From a virus, in IMG/VR virus record IMGVR_UViG_3300029566_000004: 64,000 bases of DNA, one strand, 5' to 3'. The notes beneath the pieces are model-generated. The model was not told the origin of the DNA. It did not search any database and worked only from the letters and a program-made list of their open reading frames with translations. Positions 36,740-45,553 of this stretch are shown piece by piece (position 1 is the stretch's first letter; every line of letters starts with the position of its first letter). The position numbers and the translations under genes were made by a program.

Positions 36740-36959
36740 TGTCATCACCTTCTTCCAGTCCCAAATGCTTTACTGTTTGCATTGCAGGAATACCGTCAAC
36801 GAGATACGAAAGTTCACATAGTGCTTCAAGGCAGAACTCATAAGATTTAAAATCCTGCTCAAACAGTTGCACGTTGTTCCTGTGAATTACTCTTGTAAGC
36901 CCAACCAGATAGGCTATGTACTTTTTCTGCTGTTTCTTTGTCAGGAAGAAAAGCCGCAT
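36732..36959 (-). CDS. hypothetical protein
   Basis: ATG 36959 overlaps the TGA of the upstream gene (ATGA-type coupling). Confidence 0.45.
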   Translation of the reverse strand: MRLFFLTKKQQKKYIAYLVGLTRVIHRNNVQLFEQDFKSYEFCLEALCELSYLVDGIPAMQTVKHLGLEEGDDNG

Positions 36960-37387
36960 CAATTAGCACCCCCTTTCCGTTCTTCTCCTTTCGGTGGATT
37001 TGGCAGCGGCATCCAGTGTGTCACGGAGAATAAACCATTGTGTTCAGAAAGCCAGCCATATGTTTCCTCAAACCAATCATTTTTTGCTTGCCTATATTCC
37101 ATAACTCTTGGAATGTGCATAAATCCGTTATCCTCAACAACCTGTGCAAGCACCCAATCGTGTTCTTTATTGTCCGGCAACCTATCCTTAACCGAAATCC
37201 ACTTTGTTTTTTCAAGCGCAAAAATTGCCATTGCCAAAGCGTCAAGACCTACTTCTTCGGCAGGATCACCCTTTCCACCGTGCTCCAAATATGTGGTATA
37301 ACTATCTGTCCGCTGTCGATGTTCTTCTCGCAAGATAAGAAGTGCGTCCTCAATAGGTAACTCCACCAGCTTTTCTCTAACATCCAT
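36959..37387 (-). CDS. DUF551-like protein
   Basis: MDVREKLVEL...WISVKDRLPD...THWMPLPNPPKGE; RBS GGAGGAGG. Confidence 0.65.
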   Translation of the reverse strand: MDVREKLVELPIEDALLILREEHRQRTDSYTTYLEHGGKGDPAEEVGLDALAMAIFALEKTKWISVKDRLPDNKEHDWVLAQVVEDNGFMHIPRVMEYRQAKNDWFEETYGWLSEHNGLFSVTHWMPLPNPPKGEERKGGAN

Positions 37388-37389
37388 TG

Positions 37390-37854
37390 TTATGCCTCCT
37401 CCGGAAATTTTCTTGTCAAATCGGTCAACTCAAGCCATTTCAAAATGAACTCGCACAGACCTTCTTGATAATCTTCCAAAAACCTTGTGCCAACACTTTC
37501 AAACTCCCAGCAAGGTTCTTTGTCATTCCACCAAATCTGCGCAACCGAATAGCAAGAACGAGTGGAAATCTTTTTTTCTCCGGTTTCCAAATCCGTAACC
37601 TCAATTGGATTATGGCATTGCCACTTTACCACATCCCATTTTTTAGGGTCTGTATGTCCATCGATGAAACAAGTTGGTCTGATTTCAAAATCCTTAAATT
37701 TCATTCTTCTTTTGCCTCCGTAAATTTTCGTGTCAAGCGGCTTTTCCATTGTAATTTTACAAGAAACGCCATTGATGCAAACAAATTCTCTGTCTTTTCC
37801 TGCATGTATACATAGACTATGGCAATTTTTGCAGTTATCATATTTTATGGCCAT
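37390..37854 (-). CDS. hypothetical Cys-containing protein
   Basis: Start moved to ATG 37854 (better spacing from AAGGAG). Confidence 0.5.
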   Translation of the reverse strand: MAIKYDNCKNCHSLCIHAGKDREFVCINGVSCKITMEKPLDTKIYGGKRRMKFKDFEIRPTCFIDGHTDPKKWDVVKWQCHNPIEVTDLETGEKKISTRSCYSVAQIWWNDKEPCWEFESVGTRFLEDYQEGLCEFILKWLELTDLTRKFPEEA

Positions 37855-38260
37855 ATTCATTCTCCTTCGGCGGATGTGACATAGCGGTCTGCCTTTCTTC
37901 TTTCAACGGAACAAGTCGCCTTCCGCAGAACGGGCAAACTTCAATATAAAAATCTCTGCATTCTCCACGAAAATGTACAGTTGCCCACCACGCTTGGCTT
38001 TGATATCCGTTTTCTTTCCTTGTTGATGGATGAATGCTCATTTCCATTCCATCTTCATCATCATAGCTGTGCTTCAACATTCTATGCCCTTCGTCATTAT
38101 CGCAACAATATGGGCAACCGGATTCATGCACCGTTACGCCATTGCTGATAAGGTGGTCGGCAATTCTCTTAATCTTTTCTTCCCACCACCATTCGTCAAG
38201 CACTTTCCCCTCAAAAGGTGCTTGCTTCAAAATCTCCACCAGCTTTTCCCTAGCATCCAT
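37838..38260 (-). CDS. protein sharing the MD(V/A)REKLVE...NGVTVHE N-terminal module, zinc-ribbon C-terminus
   Basis: The N-terminus is paralogous to the DUF551-like genes; C-terminus has CPFCGRR. Confidence 0.55.
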   Translation of the reverse strand: MDAREKLVEILKQAPFEGKVLDEWWWEEKIKRIADHLISNGVTVHESGCPYCCDNDEGHRMLKHSYDDEDGMEMSIHPSTRKENGYQSQAWWATVHFRGECRDFYIEVCPFCGRRLVPLKEERQTAMSHPPKENEYGHKI

Positions 38261-38409
38261 CAGTCAGCACCTTCTTTCGCGCACTGTCCTTCGCAGCAGT
38301 GTAAATATATGCAATGGTAGCATGAACAATCTGAACAGCAGAAGTACTCCGGATCTATTGGGTCATAGTCTCTTTCTGGAAAGTCACAAGTAGCGCATAA
38401 ATCTTTCAT
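38260..38409 (-). CDS. 49-aa Cys-rich micro-protein
   Basis: Not in the ORF track (under 60 aa). ATG and TGA overlap both neighbours; MKDLCATCDF...CCSDCSCYHC. Confidence 0.4.
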   Translation of the reverse strand: MKDLCATCDFPERDYDPIDPEYFCCSDCSCYHCIYLHCCEGQCAKEGAD

Positions 38410-38717
38410 CAGTCAACACCTCCGTCCATTTTTGCTCCGCAGCTTGGGCAGTAGTCTGTCAAACACACTTCATATAAATCGCCACCATAAAGGTCGTCTT
38501 TCTTGAACGATAGTGCATCCGCATCACAAGCTGAGCAGAAATACTTTCCGCTTCCGCCATCGTACAGCCATTCTGCGTGAACCACTTCCACGGCATCCAC
38601 GGTTGGAGCTTCTCGCAGTATAAGCGTTGCGTAGTTGGTTAGATGATATGCATTTGGGTGTGCAATTCCTTGATCGCGAACAATTTCCATCGCTCTATCG
38701 GCATCAATCAGTCTCAT
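38409..38717 (-). CDS. zinc-ribbon protein
   Basis: MRLIDADRAM...FCSACD...DYCPSCGAKMDGG; start behind GGAGAATGATTATG. Confidence 0.55.
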   Translation of the reverse strand: MRLIDADRAMEIVRDQGIAHPNAYHLTNYATLILREAPTVDAVEVVHAEWLYDGGSGKYFCSACDADALSFKKDDLYGGDLYEVCLTDYCPSCGAKMDGGVD

Positions 38718-38719
38718 AA

Positions 38720-39115
38720 TCATTCTCCTTTCGGCGGATGGGGCATTTCGCGCCAATGCGATACTGGATGTATATCACCCAGTGCTGGGAAGAAAAACAC
38801 GTTCCCAACTGTATAACATTCTCGCACCGGTGGAAATTCTCCCGCATCCGTCATATATCCCAAAACGCTGATAAAATTTTGTGGAAGTTTTTCATCAACC
38901 GAAATCCACTCCTGCACCGTTTCAATTGACGGTTCTGATTTGCAAAACGTGATTGGTGCATTTTTTAATTGCTTCAAGAGTTCATCGCTCATTTTCACAT
39001 TTTCATGTACCGTTACGCCGTTTGCGATAAGGTGATCTGCGACATATTCAACGTCTTGCTGTGTGTCAATCGAGTGTCCCGTGAGTAAATCAATCAGCTT
39101 TTCCCTAACATCCAT
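38720..39115 (-). CDS. DUF551-like protein
   Basis: MDVREKLIDLL...NGVTVHE...WISVDEKLPQ...SHWREMPHPPKGE. Confidence 0.65.
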   Translation of the reverse strand: MDVREKLIDLLTGHSIDTQQDVEYVADHLIANGVTVHENVKMSDELLKQLKNAPITFCKSEPSIETVQEWISVDEKLPQNFISVLGYMTDAGEFPPVRECYTVGNVFFFPALGDIHPVSHWREMPHPPKGE

Positions 39116-39201
39116 TGTTATGCCTCCTTATCGTTTGATAGTATAGTCGTTAATTCGTCATTTCTGTCTTGCAACTGTCTGCGGCGGTTGTAAGCCACCC
39201 C

Positions 39202-39546
39202 TTACCATTGGCCTTGATATACTTTATATAGGACTTTCAACCCCTTGTTAGTCAAACACCAATATTCTGTTTGATTGAGTTGACGTGCTTGCCAGTTGCT
39301 ATAATAGCTATACTTAATAAAACCTTGTTCTTGCGCTTCTTTTAATTGTTGCCTTGTAATACCATCGGCTTCATAATGGTAAAGATAGCCACCGCCAAAA
39401 TAGCGCTTGCTTAATTCTTTGAACCACTCAAAAGAACCTTTTTCATAACCATAAACATCAACGAGGTATTTACTATCAGCTTCAAAATGTTTTGCCGTTT
39501 CCTTTGCATTATCAAACTGTTTTTTGAAGAATTCACAAAGTTTCAT
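39202..39546 (-). CDS. hypothetical protein
   Basis: 114-aa ORF with RBS AGGAGG. Confidence 0.6.
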   Translation of the reverse strand: MKLCEFFKKQFDNAKETAKHFEADSKYLVDVYGYEKGSFEWFKELSKRYFGGGYLYHYEADGITRQQLKEAQEQGFIKYSYYSNWQARQLNQTEYWCLTNKGLKVLYKVYQGQW

Positions 39547-39614
39547 ATCTCGTTGCCTCCTAATTAATATCAGGTGTTACCATATTTTTTCTTCTTTTCT
39601 TATTTTCTATATAT

Positions 39615-39643
39615 ATTTTATCAAAAATTTTTATAAAAATCAA
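39615..39643 (-). promoter_or_regulatory. class-1 promoter TTGATT-N17-TAAAAT
   Basis: TTGATT 39643-39638, TAAAAT 39620-39615; preceded by terminator hairpin 39644-39663. Confidence 0.65.
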
Positions 39644-39740
39644 AGGCGACCAAAAGGTCGCCTTAAAATTAGCTATTTGGTTGCGCTTACTCTGCCTTGG
39701 GCGCATCTAATATATTTCCACAAATTCCACTTGTCTGAAA

Positions 39741-40019
39741 TCATTGAACAGCCTCATAAGTCTTCTCAAAGATGTCGCACTTACACGGATAGATTTCCCC
39801 GTTTACGCCGCGTATAATATAATCTCCAGCTTTGGCAACCATTGTTCCTTCGAGTGTTTTTATTTCGCACCATGCAGCACCTTGGTGGAACTTCCCGAAG
39901 TCATGAGTAATGATTGTGTTTTCCGAAACCGCGTCCCAAAACCAATCTTCTCCAACAAGCCCTCTCTCGTTTAACTGGAACGCGTCAATAACCACTGGCT
40001 TTTTTCTGTACTTACTCAT
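39741..40019 (-). CDS. hypothetical protein
   Basis: 92-aa ORF with RBS. Confidence 0.55.
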   Translation of the reverse strand: MSKYRKKPVVIDAFQLNERGLVGEDWFWDAVSENTIITHDFGKFHQGAAWCEIKTLEGTMVAKAGDYIIRGVNGEIYPCKCDIFEKTYEAVQ

Positions 40020-40350
40020 CGCGCTTCATCTCCGCCTTTTTAGGGTCAGGGTCAGGGTCGGGGTGTTCCTTTACCCAATTTTCAACAATTGCGACCATTT
40101 CTCTTGCATCTTCTCTGCTTTCAAGAAACCTTTTAAAGCCATATTCTTCAACCAGTTGACGCTCCTTCTGCCAAAGGTATTCTACGGCGCTCATCTCCTG
40201 CGGAAAAGTTGAGCAATGTTCAAACCATTGTTTCATTCGAAAAATGGGTACAAGTTCTATGCCATTGGAGTAGATTTTCTCAGTGTCAACAATTTTATAT
40301 TGATCCATAAATTCTTCAACCGTTTTGGGAAAAGTCATTATATCACTCAT
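40012..40350 (-). CDS. hypothetical protein
   Basis: 112-aa ORF with RBS AAGGAG. Confidence 0.55.
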   Translation of the reverse strand: MSDIMTFPKTVEEFMDQYKIVDTEKIYSNGIELVPIFRMKQWFEHCSTFPQEMSAVEYLWQKERQLVEEYGFKRFLESREDAREMVAIVENWVKEHPDPDPDPKKAEMKRDE

Positions 40351-40373
40351 TGTTTGTCTCCTTCATTATCGCA

Positions 40374-40640
40374 TTAAAATTTATACTGTTTACCTTTATT
40401 TGTTACCGTAAATGAGCGCAAATGAGCAATTGCTTCAGGACTAAGCTCAAGACAATCAAGACAATCAGATGCCTCAAGTTTATATAAAGTTACTTCAATG
40501 ATGGTATTCTCACCATAGCGACGTTCAAGCTGTATCATAGCATCGGCGCAACTAGACGCACATGTGATACCCTGATTAATATTAGTTACCTTATCAAAAT
40601 CATCATACCATCTTACTTTGTAAGTATAACATCCACCCAT
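40374..40640 (-). CDS. hypothetical protein
   Basis: 88-aa ORF with RBS AAGGGAG. Confidence 0.55.
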   Translation of the reverse strand: MGGCYTYKVRWYDDFDKVTNINQGITCASSCADAMIQLERRYGENTIIEVTLYKLEASDCLDCLELSPEAIAHLRSFTVTNKGKQYKF

Positions 40641-40672
40641 ACTTTTTCTCCCTTCATCATTTCTTTATATAT

Positions 40673-40701
40673 ATTTTATCAAAAATTTTTATAAAAATCA
40701 A
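40673..40701 (-). promoter_or_regulatory. class-1 promoter TTGATT-N17-TAAAAT
   Basis: TTGATT 40701-40696, TAAAAT 40678-40673. Confidence 0.65.
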
Positions 40702-40770
40702 AGGCGGCCAAAAGGTCGCCTTTAAGCCAAATATTAAGCTACTATTACTTTGCCTGAGACGCATTAGCCA

Positions 40771-40995
40771 TTAATAATTAAGTCCTTTCATTACATATTC
40801 ATATTCGTCGTCAGAGAGAGTACAAAAAGAAAGTTGAAGCTGTAAACAGGCATTATAAATATTATGTTCATTTAGTTCAAGAGAGGGATGATTTTTAAAA
40901 TATATTATTAATTCATCCAATTCCGAGATGTTCATGGCATAAGCATTAAACGCTAAGGCCTCAATGGAATCATTGTACCACGGTGGATTAATCAT
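40771..40995 (-). CDS. hypothetical protein
   Basis: 74-aa ORF with RBS AAGGAG. Confidence 0.5.
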   Translation of the reverse strand: MINPPWYNDSIEALAFNAYAMNISELDELIIYFKNHPSLELNEHNIYNACLQLQLSFCTLSDDEYEYVMKGLNY

Positions 40996-41007
40996 AGCAT
41001 ACTCCTT

Positions 41008-41721
41008 TTAATTATTTTCAGCAAGAGCGCAACGAGTCAAAATTGTTTGCGCAACGCCTTTATAAGAATTGTGGTCTTTCACAGTGCCCGTTAGAAGCCA
41101 CGTGGAACCCGCCTCAACTTGTTTGGTAGTCGTAAACCATACATATATATTTTCATAATTATCTTCAAAAGTAATAACTTGTTTGTCACCATAATTTGAA
41201 GAAAAAGTGTTGCAAGATATAACAGTAACGGGAATGTTGCGCAGACGCTCACCTATTTCACCCTGATAAGTTGATTTTCCTGCCTCATATAGGATAGGTT
41301 CAAGGGCCTTTGTTATCACTTCTTCGGTGTAGCATTTGCCATCTTCGCCACCGACGAGAGACCAGTCAAGTCGAATAGGCTCAAGACCATTGATTTCCGG
41401 TACTTCTTTGCCACCAGCGATACTCCAGCCCCACAAACGAGTATAAGTAGCACCGGCTTCGCGCAGCTCTTCTTTATGGTCGAAAGTTTCACCACGGAAA
41501 ATAGTGATATAGCCTTCAGCAAAGCCAAGGACTTCTTTCTGAGTTTTATACACTTCCTGGGTGGCAGCAGCATCAGCACCGTACATAGAATGATATTCAT
41601 TTTCTGTATACCAACGCACCTGTTTGGGGCCAGTAGGCGCAGCAACTTTAACATACATGCGGCCATTAACCGAATATGGAGTGCCTATTTGTTGAAGATT
41701 CTGATAAGACTTAGCGACCAT
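41008..41721 (-). CDS. hypothetical protein
   Basis: Trimmed to ATG 41721; the longer track ORF reads through the promoter block. Confidence 0.55.
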   Translation of the reverse strand: MVAKSYQNLQQIGTPYSVNGRMYVKVAAPTGPKQVRWYTENEYHSMYGADAAATQEVYKTQKEVLGFAEGYITIFRGETFDHKEELREAGATYTRLWGWSIAGGKEVPEINGLEPIRLDWSLVGGEDGKCYTEEVITKALEPILYEAGKSTYQGEIGERLRNIPVTVISCNTFSSNYGDKQVITFEDNYENIYVWFTTTKQVEAGSTWLLTGTVKDHNSYKGVAQTILTRCALAENN

Positions 41722-41755
41722 GGATTTTATGTCCTTTCCTTTATTTTCTATATAT

Positions 41756-41784
41756 ATTTTATCAAATTTTTTTATAAAAATCAA
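41756..41784 (-). promoter_or_regulatory. class-1 promoter TTGATT-N17-TAAAAT
   Basis: TTGATT 41784-41779, TAAAAT 41761-41756. Confidence 0.65.
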
Positions 41785-41839
41785 AAAGTGCCACATAAAT
41801 GCGGCACTGATTGCTCATTATTTAATATGGATTATTGAC

Positions 41840-42766
41840 TTAATTGGGATTCATGAGAATATTGGCGTTTTCGCCAAGCATATAAGTCGGAAGTTTACCA
41901 TCCCACTGCTGAATGTAATAATATTTCAGTAAATCAGAGGTTAGCCATGCGGCGATTGCTTTATTGCGAGCGGCTTCTTTTTGACCCGCATATTCGGCCG
42001 CATCTGCCTGAATTTTAGTAACTTCAAGTTCAGCCTGCGCGGCTATCCTAGCCTGCTCCGCATCAGCCTGTGCTTTTATTACCTGCCGATTAGCTTCCTG
42101 CTCTGCTTCCATAGTAAGCTGATCTTGCTGGGTTTGTGCAGTTAGCTTATTCTGCTGAGCGACCTGCTTTGCTTCGACGGCATTCGTAAATGCGTCGGTA
42201 AAATCAATATTCTGAACCATAATTGAACTAACAACTATTCCATACTGACTGACACTGGGTACAACAATATTAGCTATTTGTTCTGAAAGCGTTTCACGAT
42301 TACTAATTAGCTGTTCCGCAGTATATTCTGCAAAAATAGCTTTCGTGCCTTCCAACAGACGAGGATATACAATATTTTGATAATATTCAGTACCAACAGT
42401 GCGGTATAGTTTTTGCGCTGTTTCTTGATTTATGGAGTAGTTAACGGCAAGAAGAATATCAACTTCTTGAATGTCTGACGAAAATGCTTGGAATGTTTCG
42501 GTGGTTTTCTGCGTACGATTATCCATCTTTATTACCTTCTGGAACGGTGATTTCCAATTAAAACCTTCAGTAAGGACTTTATCCTCAACCTTACCAAAAG
42601 TAGTCAAGATGCCTGTGTGTCCAGCAGGAATTGAAGCGCAACTATTTGCGAAGAAAATAATGCCGATAAGCAAAATCAAACCCAATGGAATCCATATCCA
42701 GAGGCGTTTACGAAGCTTTTTGGCACGAATTTCGGTTGCTGTCGCATCTTCATGATTGTTAAACAT
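41840..42766 (-). CDS. SPFH/band-7 (prohibitin/HflC-like) membrane protein
   Basis: N-terminal TM helix, then GHTGILTTFGKVEDKVLTEGFNWKSPF and a Gln/Ala-rich coiled coil. Confidence 0.75.
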   Translation of the reverse strand: MFNNHEDATATEIRAKKLRKRLWIWIPLGLILLIGIIFFANSCASIPAGHTGILTTFGKVEDKVLTEGFNWKSPFQKVIKMDNRTQKTTETFQAFSSDIQEVDILLAVNYSINQETAQKLYRTVGTEYYQNIVYPRLLEGTKAIFAEYTAEQLISNRETLSEQIANIVVPSVSQYGIVVSSIMVQNIDFTDAFTNAVEAKQVAQQNKLTAQTQQDQLTMEAEQEANRQVIKAQADAEQARIAAQAELEVTKIQADAAEYAGQKEAARNKAIAAWLTSDLLKYYYIQQWDGKLPTYMLGENANILMNPN

Positions 42767-42835
42767 AGTTATTTATTCTCCTTTATATAATATTTTAGGA
42801 TTTCATTTTTCTGTATTCATTTTTCTTACATATAT

Positions 42836-42864
42836 ATTTTATCAAAAATTTTTATGAAAATCAA
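42836..42864 (-). promoter_or_regulatory. class-1 promoter TTGATT-N17-TAAAAT
   Basis: TTGATT 42864-42859, TAAAAT 42841-42836. Confidence 0.65.
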
Positions 42865-42933
42865 AAATGGAACTCTAAAGGAATTTTTTGTATAATTATA
42901 ATAGATGAATATTTATTTAAAGGAGATAATAAA

Positions 42934-43590
42934 ATGGTGGAAGCAATTTGCGCGGGCATCGTTATCGGATTAGGCTGTGTTGCGAATTTATACATAGGGG
43001 GTATAATGGGGGCAATTTTCTATGCAATTGTGGTTATGAGTGTTATTTATTATGATCTTGATTTATTTGTGGGACATACTGGAATTCTTAATTCTAAATA
43101 GACCGATATAATAGAGCTTGGTTTAATTTTTATGTGGAACATTATGGGCGTGTCAATAATTGCCGTTTTGGTTTTATTAACTCCTAGCTATCGGGACGGC
43201 GTTATCGAAAGCGCACGAAAAATTTGGGAATATTACAATCACATCGGACCTTTCGGCATGGTTCCGTTAGGGATCTTTTGCGGCTTAACAATGTACGGAG
43301 GTATAGTGGCATATACTAAAACGCAAAATTATATAATGACAATGATTCCAATAATGATGTGCATTTTGTGCCATTGGCCCTTTTCGCTCAATATAATATT
43401 TTTACTGTGGCTTAATCCAGGTTGTGGCTAGGGAGTCGGAGGCGGATGGGAATTAGCTTTAAGCGCTTTAGTTGGTAATTTAATAGGATGTAATGCATGG
43501 TTATTGATACGAAGAGGTAGTAAGCGCATGACAACAAATTTAGAACCGCAGAAAAAAACATTCTGGGATTATTTTAAAAAGAATAATTGA
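42934..43590 (+). CDS. multi-pass membrane protein (2 in-frame TAG)
   Basis: ATG 42934 with RBS AAGGAG; TAG 43099 and 43429 join to track ORF 43132-43431; ends at TGA 43588; hydrophobic throughout. Confidence 0.55.
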
Positions 43591-43611
43591 TTAAGATGGG
43601 CGCATTAATAA

Positions 43612-43697
43612 AAAATGGTCAAAAATTTCTATTGAAAATATGTTTTTATAGATAAAAATGGTCAAATTTTTCTATAAAAATGGTCAAATTTTTCTAT
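43612..43697 (+). repeat. three iterons AAAATGGTCAAA(A/T)TTT(T)TCTAT
   Basis: Copies at 43612-43632, 43655-43675 and 43677-43697 (the last two are 22 bp apart), immediately upstream of the Rep-like gene. Confidence 0.85.
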
Positions 43698-43716
43698 AAA
43701 ATGAAAGGGAAGAAAA

Positions 43717-44346
43717 ATGAAAGTTGAATTAAATTCACGGTAGATGCCTTCTAACCATGATATTGTTAAAGAAAAAAATTATTGTGATTTGCTTTATGCA
43801 TGGCTATAGTGTAATTCAGAAAAAGTTTATGTCGATGGGTATGATCGACGTATTGCTAAAAATAAAGTAAAATGGACAATTATAGAAAAAGATTTTACAC
43901 ACATTATGCCGGATGGACGCAAAGAAAAAATTATGAATCGAAAAACTATTGCCAAGTATTTTGAGACTTTAGTATAGTTAGGGCTAGTTACTTTATATGA
44001 TAATTATTATTATTTAACTTTGTTAGGAGTACATGATGCGCATTTGATTGAATATAATACATTAACTAAATTAATGAATGTATTATAGAAAAATAGTATT
44101 AATATTTATATTTATTTATTTAATCGTTTTTATGCAAATGGATGTGAACCATTTGTTGCTACAATGAAATAGATTAAAGATTATATTGGCATTGCGACTA
44201 GTACTACTTCTAATAACGCAATTGTTAGTGATACAATCGAAATTTTACAAAGATTAGGGTTATTAGAAATGAACATAGAATATGATGATAAATAGTTAAA
44301 GAGTTATATGAAATTTAATTGGGTAGCTAATAAATTACCAGATTAA
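43717..44346 (+). CDS. replication initiator-like protein, tandem winged-helix-like halves (6 in-frame TAG)
   Basis: The frame is open from ATG 43717 to TAA 44344 only with TAG as sense. Flanked by the same iteron on both sides. Function inferred from context. Confidence 0.5.
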
Positions 44347-44425
44347 AATGGTCAAAATTTTCTATTGATTTTGCATAGATGATCTATATAAAATCGGCAA
44401 AAATGGTCAAATTTTAGATATCTAT
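44345..44425 (+). repeat. two more iteron copies
   Basis: AAAATGGTCAAAATTTTCTAT at 44345-44365 and a variant at 44400-44425. Confidence 0.8.
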
Positions 44426-44463
44426 TAAATATATAGTTGAGTGCTTCGCTCCCGCTCGCCTTA

Positions 44464-44518
44464 GGCTTATAAAAATATTTTTACGCAACTTCGTTGCTCC
44501 AAAATATTTTTATAAGCC
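44464..44518. repeat. perfect 18-bp inverted repeat with a nested 5-bp hairpin
   Basis: GGCTTATAAAAATATTTT (44464-44481) and its exact reverse complement (44501-44518). The spacer contains GCAAC-TTC-GTTGC. Confidence 0.9.
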
Positions 44519-44714
44519 GGGCGCCTCTCACATGGGGGTATTTGCGCACTTGACCTGCCTTGTACTTTACTTGTGCTTTGCTATTGGGGGTGGGGTTCAA
44601 GTTCAGCATATTAAGGGTGAATTGGAACGGGGTATATAGTTTTAAAAAGCCCATATGGAAGCTTAAGCGCAAGTATAAGAGACATAGTTAATTACTGTTG
44701 CTATTGGAGGTATT

Positions 44715-44969
44715 ATGTTAAATATAAGTAATATTGATTATACGATAGGTTATGATTCTGCTGCTACTACTGGAGAGAAGGTATTTGAGTCGAGGGGGAG
44801 AGAGGAGACTCTAATTATTAAATGGATAAGGTATATATTGTATAAAGAGTTAGAAAGAATGAAAAATAGGTTTAAGATAATTGTAACGATTGATACTACT
44901 ACAGGGGATATTAGTAGTAGGTTAGAGGCTGATAGGAATTGTAATATAGTAGGGATAGAGTGGAAATAA
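44715..44969 (+). CDS. hypothetical protein
   Basis: 84-aa ORF with RBS GGAGG. Confidence 0.5.
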   Translation: MLNISNIDYTIGYDSAATTGEKVFESRGREETLIIKWIRYILYKELERMKNRFKIIVTIDTTTGDISSRLEADRNCNIVGIEWK

Positions 44970-44970
44970 T

Positions 44971-45225
44971 ATGTGGCATAGAGAGTCAGCGCAGAGTAAG
45001 TTGTTGAACAAGAGATTAGAAATATATGGAGGTAATATGTTTAAGATAGTTGCACTTGAAAGATGGTAGCTTAAGCGCAAAGATACTGGAGAAGTTTTGT
45101 TAGCAGTTGATTGTAATGAGAAAAATACTATTGTTATTAAATCTGAAGTAATTCCATTGGCTATTGGAAAATTAAATAATAATAGTACTACCTTAGTAGA
45201 GTTAGATGTATATAAAAATATATAA
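44971..45225 (+). CDS. hypothetical protein (1 in-frame TAG)
   Basis: ATG 44971 follows the previous stop by 1 nt; open to TAA 45223 if the single TAG is sense. Confidence 0.45.
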
Positions 45226-45231
45226 TATTGG

Positions 45232-45420
45232 AAAATAGGGGGTATAGGGAATCGAGGGTGCTTAGGGGAAAATAAGGGAAATAGGGAGTATGTCTAAAAA
45301 TAAAAAATAGGGGCATAGAAAAATAGGGGGGTGTTAAAATAGGGGGAATAGGGGCAATAGAGAGTATGCCCGGTGTGTTAGAATAGGGGTATGCTGAGTG
45401 CTAAAATAGGGGGGTATGCC
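45232..45420 (+). repeat. array of about 11 AATAGGGG-type G-rich motifs
   Basis: AATAGGGG(G) or close variants every 11-25 bp, several followed by GTATGC; 45238-45268 fits G3+N1-7 x4. Confidence 0.85.
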
Positions 45421-45491
45421 TGGCCCCGTTCGGTTACCAAATTTCCCCTCATAGTATCGAAACACATCCTTTCGCAGCTTCTGGAACAAAT

Positions 45492-45525
45492 ATAAAAAAG
45501 ACCGCACGATTTCCGTACGGTCTTT
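45492..45525 (-). terminator. intrinsic terminator
   Basis: AAAGACCG...CGGTCTTT hairpin with a T run in the minus sense, downstream of 45554-46030. Confidence 0.6.
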
Positions 45526-45553
45526 AATAGGCTACCAACTATGTCTATATATA

